DNA of 64,000 nucleotides from an uncultured Gammaproteobacteria bacterium (GCA_913048385.1 CAJWVZ010000005.1:54268-118267), one strand, 5' to 3'; counted from the stretch's first letter, positions 37,295 to 48,015 are shown. Notes: generated by a model not told the origin, from the sequence alone. Numbers and translations are program-made.

Positions 37295-37948
37295 ATGACA
37301 GTCAAAGGGGTATCTGAGGGCCAGGTTTGCCTCAATCGGTTGGAACAATATTTTACAGAGCAAAAGTTGGAAAAAGAAATTTTCCATCCGGACCCGACCA
37401 TCAATTCTCTCGCTCATAAGAAGAAAACCGGGCTCAAGAACGCCGCAGTATTAATAGCCGCTTCACCTGAAAACGTCGATTTAACAAGCAGCATCATTCT
37501 CACCCTTCGTTCACAAAACCTAAAGTCACACGCGGGTCAAGTCAGCTTGCCTGGCGGAACAACCGATGCCTCTGACATTAACGCGGTTGACACAGCTTTG
37601 AGAGAAGCTCAAGAAGAGGTCTCGCTGGGGAGAAATCGGGTTAAGGTTTTGGGTTGCCTCGGCAAGATAGCACTCCCATCTGGATACCTAGTCACGCCGG
37701 TCGTTGGCTTGATTGATTCATTCCTAAATCTAACTCCTTTCCCGGATGAGGTAGACGAAATATTCTCTGTACCTCTAACTACAGTGCTTGATCCAAATGC
37801 TTACAAGACTAAAGTAAAAAAAACTGATTCGGGTAATCATCAAATATTAGAGATCCAATATAACGGATACCGAATTTGGGGAGCAACGGCAGCCATTCTC
37901 TATCATCTCGCGAACGAAATCGAAAATAATATCAAACAAAAAATTTAG
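37295..37948 (+). CDS. NUDIX hydrolase, CoA pyrophosphatase type
   Basis: HAGQVSLPGGTTDASD...ALREAQEEVSL Nudix box, with the upstream context typical of NudL/CoAse. Confidence 0.7.
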   Translation: MTVKGVSEGQVCLNRLEQYFTEQKLEKEIFHPDPTINSLAHKKKTGLKNAAVLIAASPENVDLTSSIILTLRSQNLKSHAGQVSLPGGTTDASDINAVDTALREAQEEVSLGRNRVKVLGCLGKIALPSGYLVTPVVGLIDSFLNLTPFPDEVDEIFSVPLTTVLDPNAYKTKVKKTDSGNHQILEIQYNGYRIWGATAAILYHLANEIENNIKQKI

Positions 37949-38047
37949 CCATCAAAATTGGTGGTCGGTCATAGGCCGCCGATATCTGCAACGAACTCCC
38001 TCTCTATGTTCCTTTTTTTATTTGAACAAAGCATAGAACCTATGAAG

Positions 38048-39754
38048 TCACAATGCCCACTCCGGGAACTCGCCCAAAACATCAAAAGTGAAATGACCGA
38101 GTGTGTAAACAAATACGGTTAAAATAATTACAGAGAGCACATCTAAGAAAATTCCCGCCGTCACCATTTTTAAAATCGGAACACGACCAGACCCATAGAC
38201 AATGGCATTGGGGGGCGTTGACACAGGGAGCATAAACGCGCATGAAGCTGCCAGAGTGGTTGGTATGAGAAGTAGTAAAGGATGTACTTCGATTGCCTGA
38301 GCTAAGCTTGCCATTATCGGAACAGCAAGGGATATTGTTCCTGTATTGGAAGCAACTTCCGTCAATAACGTTATAAAAGTGACAGTGCTAATTACGATCG
38401 ATAGTGGGCTCGAGTCACCTAAGAGTACTTGCAGCTGCTCTGCAACATAAGTGCCCAATCCAGACGTCGAAAACCCTTTTGCTATCGCTAACCCGCCGCC
38501 GAAAAGCAACAAAATCCCCCAGGGGATCTTTTTGGCATCCTCCCAATCCAAAAGCTTCCCTCCTATTTGATTACTTGCAGGTATCATAAATAACATCAAG
38601 GCCATTGCGATAGAGACAGTGCCGTCATCGATCATATAACTGATAGGCTCGGAGCCAAACCAAGCTAAACATAAGTCTAGATAATGACTCCACCCAAAAA
38701 CATCGAAATCAGCACCGAACAACCGTTCTTTCCGAGTCATCCAAAGGACGGCCGCTGCAAAAAAAACCAGACGCACTCGCTTTTCCTCAAGCGAAATTGG
38801 GCCTAATTTCTTGAGCTCTTGATGGATAAAGTCCTTACCGCTAAAAGGCGTGACTAAGGGCAGTGGAAAAATGACATATGTCAGCACAAACCAACTCAAG
38901 ACCAAAAAAACCAGACTCATGGGGAGGGCAAACGTCATCCAAGTCACAAAAGCAAACTCAGGAGCGTTTGGAAACAATTGAGACATCTGTGTCACTAGCA
39001 CTCCGTTCGGAGGAGTCCCTATCAGAGTGGCAACCCCGCCGATTGAGGCGGAATAGGCAATACCAAGCAAAAGAGTCAGAGCAAAATTTTCGGCCCTCGG
39101 CTCGGGCTTGCCTCCCGATTCTAATACCTCCGTATTTATTTCTTCATAGAGCAGAATAAGCGACATGCCCATCGGCATCATCATCAATGCCGTGGCAGTG
39201 TTAGACAACCACATCGACAAAAAGGCGGTCGCAACCATAAAACCTAAAACCAATCGATGTGGCTGACCCCCAATTATCTTTAATATATTTAAGGCAATAC
39301 GTTTATGTAAATTCCATTTCTCAACCGCGATCGCAATAATGAATCCTCCCAAAAACAAAAGGATGATCCAATCCATATATTGGCCGGCCACATCTGGAAA
39401 TGTAATATCGAAGTCCGAGGCAGAAAACCCTTCCTTAAATTGGGCAAGACTTAAATCTATTCGATTACCAGCAGCTATTTCGCGACCGCGCATAATGCCG
39501 AACAAAGGAAACAGAACAATAGGTAGGAGCGCTGTAGCAGCAAGAGGAATAGCTTCTGTAATCCACCAGATGGCCATTAGCACGATTATCGCGGCCATAC
39601 GCGTAACAAGCGGATTGCTGGGATCGAGATCAAGAAAAATTAAAATACAGAGAAAAACCACAGGCCCAAATAACAAACCAAACCGACTTCGAAACGAGTT
39701 AGTTTCCCTTTTTTTGGAAGGCGAACTTTGCCCTATCGTCATACTTTTTTCCAC
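38048..39754 (-). CDS. SLC13/DASS family anion:sodium symporter
   Basis: 568 aa, polytopic. Conserved N-T-A/G-T-motif hairpins (WLSNTATALMMMP, SNTGTISLAVP) and PPN motifs (GTPPNGV, STPPNAIVYG). Confidence 0.8.
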   Translation of the reverse strand: MEKSMTIGQSSPSKKRETNSFRSRFGLLFGPVVFLCILIFLDLDPSNPLVTRMAAIIVLMAIWWITEAIPLAATALLPIVLFPLFGIMRGREIAAGNRIDLSLAQFKEGFSASDFDITFPDVAGQYMDWIILLFLGGFIIAIAVEKWNLHKRIALNILKIIGGQPHRLVLGFMVATAFLSMWLSNTATALMMMPMGMSLILLYEEINTEVLESGGKPEPRAENFALTLLLGIAYSASIGGVATLIGTPPNGVLVTQMSQLFPNAPEFAFVTWMTFALPMSLVFLVLSWFVLTYVIFPLPLVTPFSGKDFIHQELKKLGPISLEEKRVRLVFFAAAVLWMTRKERLFGADFDVFGWSHYLDLCLAWFGSEPISYMIDDGTVSIAMALMLFMIPASNQIGGKLLDWEDAKKIPWGILLLFGGGLAIAKGFSTSGLGTYVAEQLQVLLGDSSPLSIVISTVTFITLLTEVASNTGTISLAVPIMASLAQAIEVHPLLLLIPTTLAASCAFMLPVSTPPNAIVYGSGRVPILKMVTAGIFLDVLSVIILTVFVYTLGHFTFDVLGEFPEWAL

Positions 39755-39906
39755 GAATTATGCGCAAGCTTACAATCGCCAACAAGACGTATGACTAAAT
39801 TTAAAAATCAGCAAGCCGCCTTGCGTGTATTTAGAGACTAATATCTAAACAAAAACTCACATTTTCTATTGCACCCTAGCCGTCCTCTCAATGCTTACCC
39901 AACCGA

Positions 39907-40386
39907 TTACAGCTCTTTTAATATGTAATCGGCGGCACTGACTTTTATTTCACCGGGCTCTTCAATTCCTAAATACGTTACGATTTCGTTATCCACAATC
40001 ATCCCAAATCGCTTGGCTCGTCGCCCCATCCCAAAACCAGACATGTCATTGGCTAAACCGAGCTCCGACGTAAACTCTCCATTGCCATCAGCAAGCATCA
40101 AAATCTTTTCGGCATTCTGATTAACGGACCAAGCGCCCATCACAAAAGCATCGTTCACCGACATACACGCAATGGTGTCAACACCTTTGTCTAAAATTGC
40201 TTCCGCATTGACGACAAAACCTGGCAAATGTGTCATTGAGCATCCCGGAGTAAACGCTCCCGGCACCGCAATCAACACTACTTTTTTATTAGCAAATACT
40301 TCCTCACTGCTTACGCCCTTGGGGCCATCATCTGTCATTATAGAAAAACCAATCGCGGGGATCTTGTCGCCTACTTTTATTGTCAT
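39907..40386 (-). CDS. Prx5-type peroxiredoxin
   Basis: VPGAFTPGCSMTHLPGF active site, 159 aa. Confidence 0.85.
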   Translation of the reverse strand: MTIKVGDKIPAIGFSIMTDDGPKGVSSEEVFANKKVVLIAVPGAFTPGCSMTHLPGFVVNAEAILDKGVDTIACMSVNDAFVMGAWSVNQNAEKILMLADGNGEFTSELGLANDMSGFGMGRRAKRFGMIVDNEIVTYLGIEEPGEIKVSAADYILKEL

Positions 40387-40503
40387 TACTTTTACCTTTT
40401 TATAAATTTTTAAATAGCCAAGCCATCTTCATCGTACCAAGTTTTCAAGCTCGAGTAACGAACTCTAGAGCTCCTCATAACACTAACATGAGCTGGGTTC
40501 GGA

Positions 40504-41376
40504 TTACCTTTTTTTACCTTCACGAACTTCGATAACTCGCTCAAGCCATTGCAAGTAAGGCGCAACGCGCTCGAAAACGGCAATAGAGCCATATTCCCCT
40601 TGTCTCTCTTCAGAAAAGTTAACTCCTTTAAGCTGACCCACGATAATCCCAACTAACAACAATCCGTGAACTCCGCTCATTAAAACAGGGCCCCCACTGT
40701 CTCCAAGACTGGGCATTCCCTCCAAGGGGTCACTTGCTTCAGTCCTCGGGTCGTCAAAACGAATTCTTAAACGCTTAACGCTATCTGATGTTATTCGATT
40801 AGTCGCCATCCGAAGCTCGCCATCGGTGTAATTTCGACCGGTTGTTCCAATACCCGAATAGCCCCAGCCGAGAAAGCTTACACCCACTCCAGAAACAACT
40901 TCCTCCGTACCTATTGCAAAAGAATTCAGACCCTTGCGTGGATGCTTCATACGAAGAAGTGCAAGATCAACATCCTGCCCTGCAGGTTTGTAAAAGTCAG
41001 GATGAAAAACAACCTTATCGACGTAGTTTTTCTCACCTGCGATGATAACTTCGTAACTGTCACCATTTGATAAAACTTCATTTAAATTCACCTGCTCAAT
41101 ACAATGAGCAGCCGTTATCGCCCACCAAGCATCCACAAGCGTAGCCGCACAAATTCGACGATCGCCAATACGTTCCAGAAAAAAAATTGAAGGATACACT
41201 CTTTCCAAAACCAGGTAACGTTCCGGTGCTACATCGTGACGAATGATTATACCTTGGCTATTTGAGCTTAAAATAAGCAATAAAAATCCACAGAGTCGCA
41301 AGCAAACTCTTAAGTTCTTAAAGCCCCAATAACGACAAAAACCCGAAGAAATAGAATTCTGAAACGCTACAACCAC
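40504..41376 (-). CDS. trypsin-like S1 serine protease
   Basis: Catalytic-triad motifs ITAAHC, DLALLRM and GDSGGP. Hydrophobic N-terminal segment. Confidence 0.75.
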   Translation of the reverse strand: MVVAFQNSISSGFCRYWGFKNLRVCLRLCGFLLLILSSNSQGIIIRHDVAPERYLVLERVYPSIFFLERIGDRRICAATLVDAWWAITAAHCIEQVNLNEVLSNGDSYEVIIAGEKNYVDKVVFHPDFYKPAGQDVDLALLRMKHPRKGLNSFAIGTEEVVSGVGVSFLGWGYSGIGTTGRNYTDGELRMATNRITSDSVKRLRIRFDDPRTEASDPLEGMPSLGDSGGPVLMSGVHGLLLVGIIVGQLKGVNFSEERQGEYGSIAVFERVAPYLQWLERVIEVREGKKR

Positions 41377-41378
41377 TG

Positions 41379-41993
41379 CTACTTCTCACCTGCTAATTCA
41401 GCAATCATCACATCAATCGCCTCCGCACGACGCCTGGGATCATCGAGCTCAAGCAGCTTCTGTCGATTAACATTACTCATGGGCAACAGCTCACCTAAAC
41501 GCCATCCTAAATGCCATAAATCTTCGTAATTAATATTAAAGTTTTTTTCTTTAATTACAGGGTGTGCCTCCAACCCTCTCAAGACCTCTATTAACCTAGG
41601 ATACTCTTCAACGCCCGACGCAAGCTTCGTATCAACACGATCTTTACCATGAAATTTAACGTGGCCCATAAGCAAGTCGTTATCTGCTTCCCAACAGTCC
41701 TCTACCTGGAACTTCGCAGTGCCTTCAATAGTAATACTTAACAAACCGTTGTCTAACTGATTCCAATCTACAATCTGTGCTCCAGTTCCGATTCGATGAA
41801 TCGTTTGCTTCGTTCCACCCTCGCGCAATTCAGGACCCATCTGAAGGGCACAAATACCGAACAGCGTCTGACTGCGCATACATTCCGTTACCATATCGAT
41901 ATATCGACGCTCGAAAATCTGAAGATCATGCTTACCGCCCGGAAACAAGACAATGTCCAGTGGAAAAAGCGGAATTGTAGATTCATAACCCAT
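41379..41993 (-). CDS. LON substrate-binding (N-terminal) domain protein
   Basis: IPLFPLDIVLFPGGKHDLQIFERRYIDMV, typical of stand-alone Lon N-domain proteins. No ATPase or protease part. Confidence 0.75.
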   Translation of the reverse strand: MGYESTIPLFPLDIVLFPGGKHDLQIFERRYIDMVTECMRSQTLFGICALQMGPELREGGTKQTIHRIGTGAQIVDWNQLDNGLLSITIEGTAKFQVEDCWEADNDLLMGHVKFHGKDRVDTKLASGVEEYPRLIEVLRGLEAHPVIKEKNFNINYEDLWHLGWRLGELLPMSNVNRQKLLELDDPRRRAEAIDVMIAELAGEK

Positions 41994-42032
41994 AACTTAC
42001 CCCTTACCCCAATCAGCGAACGAACAAAGTGG

Positions 42033-43457
42033 CTAGCGACTCGCTAAACCATCAACTATCCTTTCGTGGATACCTTCAAACCCAGAATTACTCATGACAA
42101 CAATATGATCGCCTTCGCGCGCGATTGTAAAAATATGAGCCAGAATCTCATGAACTTCAGAAAAACTGACCCGCGAATCTCCGTTCTCCGCGCAAAGGGC
42201 TTCAAAATCTAATTGCGAGTCCACCGGCCGCTTCCACACAACTTCATCTGCTGGCATGCATGCTTCTGCAAGTTTATTCTGATGAATCCCTCCGCGCATC
42301 GTGTTCGATCCAGGCTCGATAATAGCGATAATCCTTGAATTCTCGCCACGACTATGAAGCTGAACCTTCAAACCTTCCAACGTCGTCGCGATCGCCGTTG
42401 GGTGATGAGCAAAATCGTCGTAGATATAGATGCCACTTACCTCCGCGAGCAGCTCCATTCTTCTCTTCACGCCATTAAATTTTCTTAACGCACTCGCCGC
42501 ATCGATCAAACGCACACCAACATGATGGGCGGCGCCAACCGCTGCTAAAGCATTCTTTGCGTTATGGATGCCGAACATTGGCCAGCGAACCGTCGAAGTC
42601 TGTTTATCTCCTGAGACAGGATTGTATTCAATTTCAAATTCACTCCAGTCTTTTTTCACCGCTGAAGCAGACCAGTCACCAACACATAAGTTTGAATCAA
42701 TCATTCTGCTGGGCGTAACTTCTGTATCCGGACCAAAACGCTCCACGGAAGTCCAGCAACCCGTATCCAATACCTCCTCAATAGCAGGATCATTGCGCGG
42801 CGCTAAGATAAGACCATTACTCGGCACAGTTCTAAGTAAGTGATGAAACTGTTTTTGAATAGCACCAAGATCCGGAAAGATATCAGCATGGTCAAACTCT
42901 AAATTATTAAGAATAACGGTGCGAGGGGCATAATGTACAAACTTTGACCTCTTATCAAAAAACGCACTGTCGTATTCGTCCGCTTCGACAATGAAAAAAA
43001 TAGAGTCACCAATGTCTGCCGAGGCAGGCAGGTCATTCACAACCCCGCCAATTAAGTAGCCGGGCTTAAGTCCTGCCTCCCCCAGAATCCAAGCCAACAT
43101 CGCGCTCGTGGTTGTCTTACCATGAGTTCCAGCAACTCCAAGAACCCAACGATCATGTAAAATTTCATCGGCTAACCATTGTGGTCCAGACGTATATCGC
43201 AGCCCAGTATTCAGCACATATTCTACTGCCTCATTGCCGCGGCTAAGCGCGTTACCTACTATAACTAAATCGGGGTGCGGCTGAAGATGCGCCGCAGAGT
43301 AGCCTTCACAGAGCATAATGCCTTGACTCTCAAGCTGCGTACTCATCGGTGGATACACACCTAAATCGCTTCCGCTCACCTTATGACCCTGCTGCTTGGC
43401 TAAAACCGCCAAGCTGCCCATAAAGGTTCCACAGATACCAAGGATATGAATATGCAT
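42033..43457 (-). CDS. mpl: UDP-N-acetylmuramate:L-alanyl-gamma-D-glutamyl-meso-DAP ligase
   Basis: MHIHILGICGTFMGSLA..., GVAGTHGKTTT P-loop, and Mur ligase middle and C-terminal domains. ATG 43457 chosen. Confidence 0.9.
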   Translation of the reverse strand: MHIHILGICGTFMGSLAVLAKQQGHKVSGSDLGVYPPMSTQLESQGIMLCEGYSAAHLQPHPDLVIVGNALSRGNEAVEYVLNTGLRYTSGPQWLADEILHDRWVLGVAGTHGKTTTSAMLAWILGEAGLKPGYLIGGVVNDLPASADIGDSIFFIVEADEYDSAFFDKRSKFVHYAPRTVILNNLEFDHADIFPDLGAIQKQFHHLLRTVPSNGLILAPRNDPAIEEVLDTGCWTSVERFGPDTEVTPSRMIDSNLCVGDWSASAVKKDWSEFEIEYNPVSGDKQTSTVRWPMFGIHNAKNALAAVGAAHHVGVRLIDAASALRKFNGVKRRMELLAEVSGIYIYDDFAHHPTAIATTLEGLKVQLHSRGENSRIIAIIEPGSNTMRGGIHQNKLAEACMPADEVVWKRPVDSQLDFEALCAENGDSRVSFSEVHEILAHIFTIAREGDHIVVMSNSGFEGIHERIVDGLASR

Positions 43458-43609
43458 CGCGAAGTTAAAATCCAAAAAAAATAAAATTTTTCAAGGGGTG
43501 TTTATAACATAAAAGTCGCGTAGCATTGCACCACTGACCAACTGATTTCACAACCAATCATTTAGCACTCGGCAGACCACTTAAGCCAACGAACAAAAGT
43601 TTACTTCAT

Positions 43610-44146
43610 ATGTTAGACGACTCACCGACTCTTTGGGAATATTCCACCCATTATTACTCCAACCCTGCGATCGCCAGTTGCTGTTTAACTTTACAGAACC
43701 AATATCGTCAGGACGTCAACATAATTTTTCTTTGTTACTGGCATGGAACATACCATGGAGAAATTTCTTTTGATAAAATGAGCGCCATACTCAGCTTCAG
43801 TGCCGAATGGCATAAAATTGCTATTTATCCATTAAGATCTGCGCGAACCGACCTCAAAATATGGACAAATCAAGAAGATAAAATTGTGCTTAAAAAGGAA
43901 TCCTATGAATCATTCAGGGAAAATATAAAAACGATAGAGCTCGAAGCCGAAAAAATTCAACAACAATCACTAATGGAATTCTGCGTAAATGGGCTTTCCA
44001 AAGACTCGAAGTCATCGAGTAGATCCGCGAGTGCTGCCAGAACAGCGAACATAAAAACACTGATCGCCCTTCAAAATCAGTTTGATGACCTCGTTACTTT
44101 AGAGGCTCAATTTGAGCAACTCACCGGGCTGCTCGAGACTGACTAA
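43610..44146 (+). CDS. DUF2390 / TIGR02444-like protein
   Basis: N-terminal LWEYSTHYYSNPAIASCCLTLQNQYRQDVNIIFLCYW resembles DUF2390. Confidence 0.45.
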   Translation: MLDDSPTLWEYSTHYYSNPAIASCCLTLQNQYRQDVNIIFLCYWHGTYHGEISFDKMSAILSFSAEWHKIAIYPLRSARTDLKIWTNQEDKIVLKKESYESFRENIKTIELEAEKIQQQSLMEFCVNGLSKDSKSSSRSASAARTANIKTLIALQNQFDDLVTLEAQFEQLTGLLETD

Positions 44147-44158
44147 GCGAAACTAAAC

Positions 44159-45538
44159 TCAATTAATTGGCTTCGGGTTTCGCCGTCGCCTTGGTTTCTG
44201 ATTTCCCGAGTTTTCATTACGGTCTTTGGCCTTATTGCTATTTACCGAGGTCGATTTTTTTCTTACTCCGCTCGATTTTTTGAGATTATTTTGCTTAGCA
44301 GCGCTCGTCCCAGAACGCCTTCGAACAGAACCTGAATTGGACCGGTTATTGGTTCCTGGCGTCGGCGAAGCTAAAAACAACTCGGTAAGGGCCTCAGCTG
44401 GACGCGCGAGCACGGGATCAATTTTAGCCGCATCTGCCACAGGAATCTTTTGTTTAATTAACTTTTCTATATCTCTTAACTGCTTAACCTGATCGCGGCT
44501 CACTAACGAAATTGCTGACCCGCCTGCTCCCGCCCGCCCGGTGCGCCCAATGCGGTGCACGTAGTCTTCGGCTACCTGAGGGAGATCAAAGTTAATCACA
44601 GTATCCAACTGATGAATGTCAATACCACGCGCTGCGATATCAGTAGCGACAAGAACTTGCACCTTATCAAGCTTGAAGGCTTCCAATGCTTTCGTCCTTT
44701 GCGCTTGAGATTTATTGCCATGAATTGCGAGCGCCCCCACTCCATCCTTTGCAAGTTTCTTTACGAGGTTATTTGCACCGTGCTTAGTTCGGCTAAATAC
44801 TAAAGTTTGATTAGTGTTAGAACGGAGTATCAGACTTAAAAGCGCGGGCTTCTCGTCTTTCTCTGCTAAATAAAGAGTCTGCGAAATAATCTCTACGGTG
44901 GAGTTACGTGGCGCAACATCAATCTCAACTGGGTTATTGCATAAGCTCTTAGCGAGCGTGCGAATTTCATTCGAGAATGTAGCAGAGAACAACAAGTTTT
45001 GACGCCGTTTGGGCAACATCGCAAGCACCTTACGGATATCACGAATAAATCCCATATCCAACATACGGTCAGCCTCATCAAGTATCAAAACCTCAAGATC
45101 TCCAAAAACAACAACACCTTGCTGTTTTAGATCCAACAGCCGACCAGGAGTAGCCACCAAAATATCTGTCCCGTGGCCCAAAGCTTTCTTTTGAGGATTA
45201 ATATTAACGCCCCCAAAAACCACATTTGCGCGTAGGTCTTCGTTAATTCCATAGGTCTCAATGCTCTCTTGAATTTGAGCCGCTAATTCTCGAGTTGGTG
45301 TTAACACGAGCGCGCGTATTGAGTAACGCTTTGTATTTCGCCTTCCGCTAAGTAACTGCAAAAGGGGTAATGTAAACCCTGCAGTCTTGCCCGTCCCAGT
45401 CTGTGCTGCAGCCATCACGTCACGGCCCGCCAGAATTTCTGGGATCGCGCGCTTCTGAATTGGGGTTGCCTCGGTGTAACCTGTTTTTTCAACTGCGTGT
45501 AAGAGTGATTTAGAAAGACCCAGATTTAAAAACGTCAT
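44159..45538 (-). CDS. rhlE: DEAD-box ATP-dependent RNA helicase, RhlE type with a basic tail
   Basis: [32 protein letters not shown] and [10 protein letters not shown]. Confidence 0.85.
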   Translation of the reverse strand: MTFLNLGLSKSLLHAVEKTGYTEATPIQKRAIPEILAGRDVMAAAQTGTGKTAGFTLPLLQLLSGRRNTKRYSIRALVLTPTRELAAQIQESIETYGINEDLRANVVFGGVNINPQKKALGHGTDILVATPGRLLDLKQQGVVVFGDLEVLILDEADRMLDMGFIRDIRKVLAMLPKRRQNLLFSATFSNEIRTLAKSLCNNPVEIDVAPRNSTVEIISQTLYLAEKDEKPALLSLILRSNTNQTLVFSRTKHGANNLVKKLAKDGVGALAIHGNKSQAQRTKALEAFKLDKVQVLVATDIAARGIDIHQLDTVINFDLPQVAEDYVHRIGRTGRAGAGGSAISLVSRDQVKQLRDIEKLIKQKIPVADAAKIDPVLARPAEALTELFLASPTPGTNNRSNSGSVRRRSGTSAAKQNNLKKSSGVRKKSTSVNSNKAKDRNENSGNQKPRRRRNPKPIN

Positions 45539-45979
45539 AAATTTTCTTCTTTAGATACCGCAAACTTAAAATATCTCTATCAAGCTGGCAGCTGAGCGAC
45601 CCCTTGATAAAATTAGAAATGCAAATTGTGAACTTCGTAATAACGAAGGGGCACGGATGTGCAAGCGATAGTTGTTACGATGATCAGGGCTCAGCCAATA
45701 AGAAAAAGATATGCGGGAGTAATATCGCATAGAAACCCTGCACCGAGAGCAAAGACTTTTGTTGCTAACGTTGTATAGACGCCAAACAACTTCGGACCCC
45801 CAAAAAAATTTAAATTTTCAATTTAAGGGTAAAGCATTTACTACAAGTATGATGCACCGTCCGAAATCTGCCACGGCACAACGTCGAACGTGCGCGCACA
45901 TTAACACAATCACAGCGCAAGGAAAGCGATATTTAGTTAAATCCAGACGACGAGAGAGAACGCTGAGCTTAAAACCTAT

Positions 45980-46552
45980 CTACTCGCTTTTATTAACACC
46001 ATGCCAGCGCTGCACAAGCTCCGAATCAAGACCAAAAAGATCAAGTATCCGTCCCACATGATGGTTAACTAAGTCATCTATAGTTTTCGGCAATATGTAG
46101 TGTGCAGGCATTGGTGGCGCCATCACCGCGCCCAGCTGACATGCCTTCATCATCAGTTCACAGTGCCCAACATGTAAGGGAGTCTCTCGAGGCACCAGCA
46201 CTAACCTACGGCATTCTTTGAGCACGACATCTGCAGCCCGAACAACAAGCGAATCGGAATAAGAATTTGCAATAGCAGAAAGAGTCTTGATCGCGCATGG
46301 CGCTACGACCATACCGTCAGTTTTAAAAGACCCGCTCGCGATGCTGGCTCCGATGTCTCTATTGGAATACGAATAATCAGCCAAAGAAACAACATCCTGT
46401 GTCTCCAAGTCCGTCTCGACCGCGATGTTAAGTTTTGCCGCATCTGACATCACCAAATGCGTTTCTACTTCCGCGACGTCTCTCAGAACCTCGAGCAAGC
46501 GAATCCCATAAATTACCCCACTCGCGCCTGACATTCCTACAATGATCTTCAC
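45980..46552 (-). CDS. ubiX: flavin prenyltransferase UbiX
   Basis: MKIIVGMSGASGVIYGIRLLEVL..., 190 aa, flavoprotein-fold motifs. Confidence 0.9.
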   Translation of the reverse strand: MKIIVGMSGASGVIYGIRLLEVLRDVAEVETHLVMSDAAKLNIAVETDLETQDVVSLADYSYSNRDIGASIASGSFKTDGMVVAPCAIKTLSAIANSYSDSLVVRAADVVLKECRRLVLVPRETPLHVGHCELMMKACQLGAVMAPPMPAHYILPKTIDDLVNHHVGRILDLFGLDSELVQRWHGVNKSE

Positions 46553-46740
46553 TCTCGCCCCCCCGTAAGTAAAAACGGATTTTTTTTGCCATTTAATTGC
46601 GTCCGTAATCTTGACCTATCACCGCTTTCAAGGCAAGGGAGCACATTGCGAGTAAAAGTCCCAACGGTTAACATAAGCGCTCTGTTGAAATTTTAGGACT
46701 TCCTTGAAAATCTGACACAGACACTCAGAAGAGAGCCACC

Positions 46741-48015
46741 ATGAGCACAAAAAAACCAAATCTTTTCTATGCACAGTCAGGTGGCGTCACAGCGGTCATC
46801 AACGCAAGTGCCTGCGGTGTCATCGAAACTGCTCGAGAGCATCGCAACGAAATCGGCAAAGTGTATGCGGGACTCAATGGAATTATGGGCGCGCTACATG
46901 AAGAATTAATTGACACTAGCAAGGAGTCAGCCAAGACAATCGCTTCGCTGCGCTCAACACCGTCTGGCGCATTTGGCTCCTGTCGTTACAAACTCAAGTC
47001 GTATGCCGAAAATTCTCAAGAATACGATAGACTGATGGATGTATTCCGCGCCCATAACATTCGGTACTTTCTTTACAACGGTGGAGGTGACTCTCAAGAC
47101 ACCGCAAATAAAGTCTCACAAATCAGTCTTGAAAAGGGATTCCCTATAAGCTGCATCGGAGTGCCAAAGACCGTCGATAACGACTTACCGATCACCGATA
47201 ACTGCCCTGGGTTTGGCTCGGTCGCCAAATATGTAGCCGTGTCAATTCGTGAGGCCGGGCTGGACGTTGCCTCAATGTGTGCAAGCTCAACCAAGGTATT
47301 CGTGATGGAAGTGATGGGCCGCCATGCTGGCTGGATCGCTGGAGCAGCTGGCTTAGCAAGAAAGGACATAGGGGAAGCGCCGCATATTATTCTGTTTCCC
47401 GAAATTCCGTTCGAGAAAGATAAATTCTTAAAAAAAGTGCAGAGCTGCGTAAAGAGGTTTGGGTACTGCGCGATCGTCGTATCAGAGGGTGTTAGAGAAA
47501 AATCTGGTAAGTTCCTTGCTGATGCCGGCGGCAAAGATGCCTTTGGGCACGTTCAATTAGGTGGAGTCGCGCCGTTTATCGCCGAGATGATTAAACAAAA
47601 CCTTGGATACAAGCACCACTGGGCCGTTGCAGACTATTTACAACGCTCTGCCCGGCACATTGCTTCGAAGACCGACGTGGAGCAGGCCTATGCGGTTGGA
47701 AAGGCGGCCGTTGATTTCGCGCTGGCTGGCAAGACAGCGGTGATGCCTATAATCGTTCGTCGTCAAAGTCGGCGCTACAGTTGGCATATCGGTGAGGCAA
47801 AGCTAAGCGATGTCGCGAACGTTGAAAAAATGATGCCGAGAAATTATATAAGCCGAGACGGGTTTGGTATTACTCAGGCTGCACGGGAATATCTTTCGCC
47901 CCTTATTAAAGGTGAGGACTATCCTGCATACAAAAATGGAATACCTCAGTATGCTACACTTAAGAAGATTTTAGAGAAAAAGAAACTCAAGGCATGGCGA
48001 CCAAAAACAACATAA
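46741..48015 (+). CDS. 6-phosphofructokinase, probably pyrophosphate-dependent
   Basis: FYAQSGGVTAVINAS, NGGGDS, GVPKTVDNDL and MGRHAGW. There is a Lys in PKTVDND where ATP-PFKs have Gly. Confidence 0.8.
   Translation: MSTKKPNLFYAQSGGVTAVINASACGVIETAREHRNEIGKVYAGLNGIMGALHEELIDTSKESAKTIASLRSTPSGAFGSCRYKLKSYAENSQEYDRLMDVFRAHNIRYFLYNGGGDSQDTANKVSQISLEKGFPISCIGVPKTVDNDLPITDNCPGFGSVAKYVAVSIREAGLDVASMCASSTKVFVMEVMGRHAGWIAGAAGLARKDIGEAPHIILFPEIPFEKDKFLKKVQSCVKRFGYCAIVVSEGVREKSGKFLADAGGKDAFGHVQLGGVAPFIAEMIKQNLGYKHHWAVADYLQRSARHIASKTDVEQAYAVGKAAVDFALAGKTAVMPIIVRRQSRRYSWHIGEAKLSDVANVEKMMPRNYISRDGFGITQAAREYLSPLIKGEDYPAYKNGIPQYATLKKILEKKKLKAWRPKTT

Noticed and set aside
40410-40652. 80-aa - strand ORF overlapping the 3' end of the S1 protease gene in another frame
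   Set aside because: It overlaps the conserved GDSGGP-containing reading frame and has no independent support.
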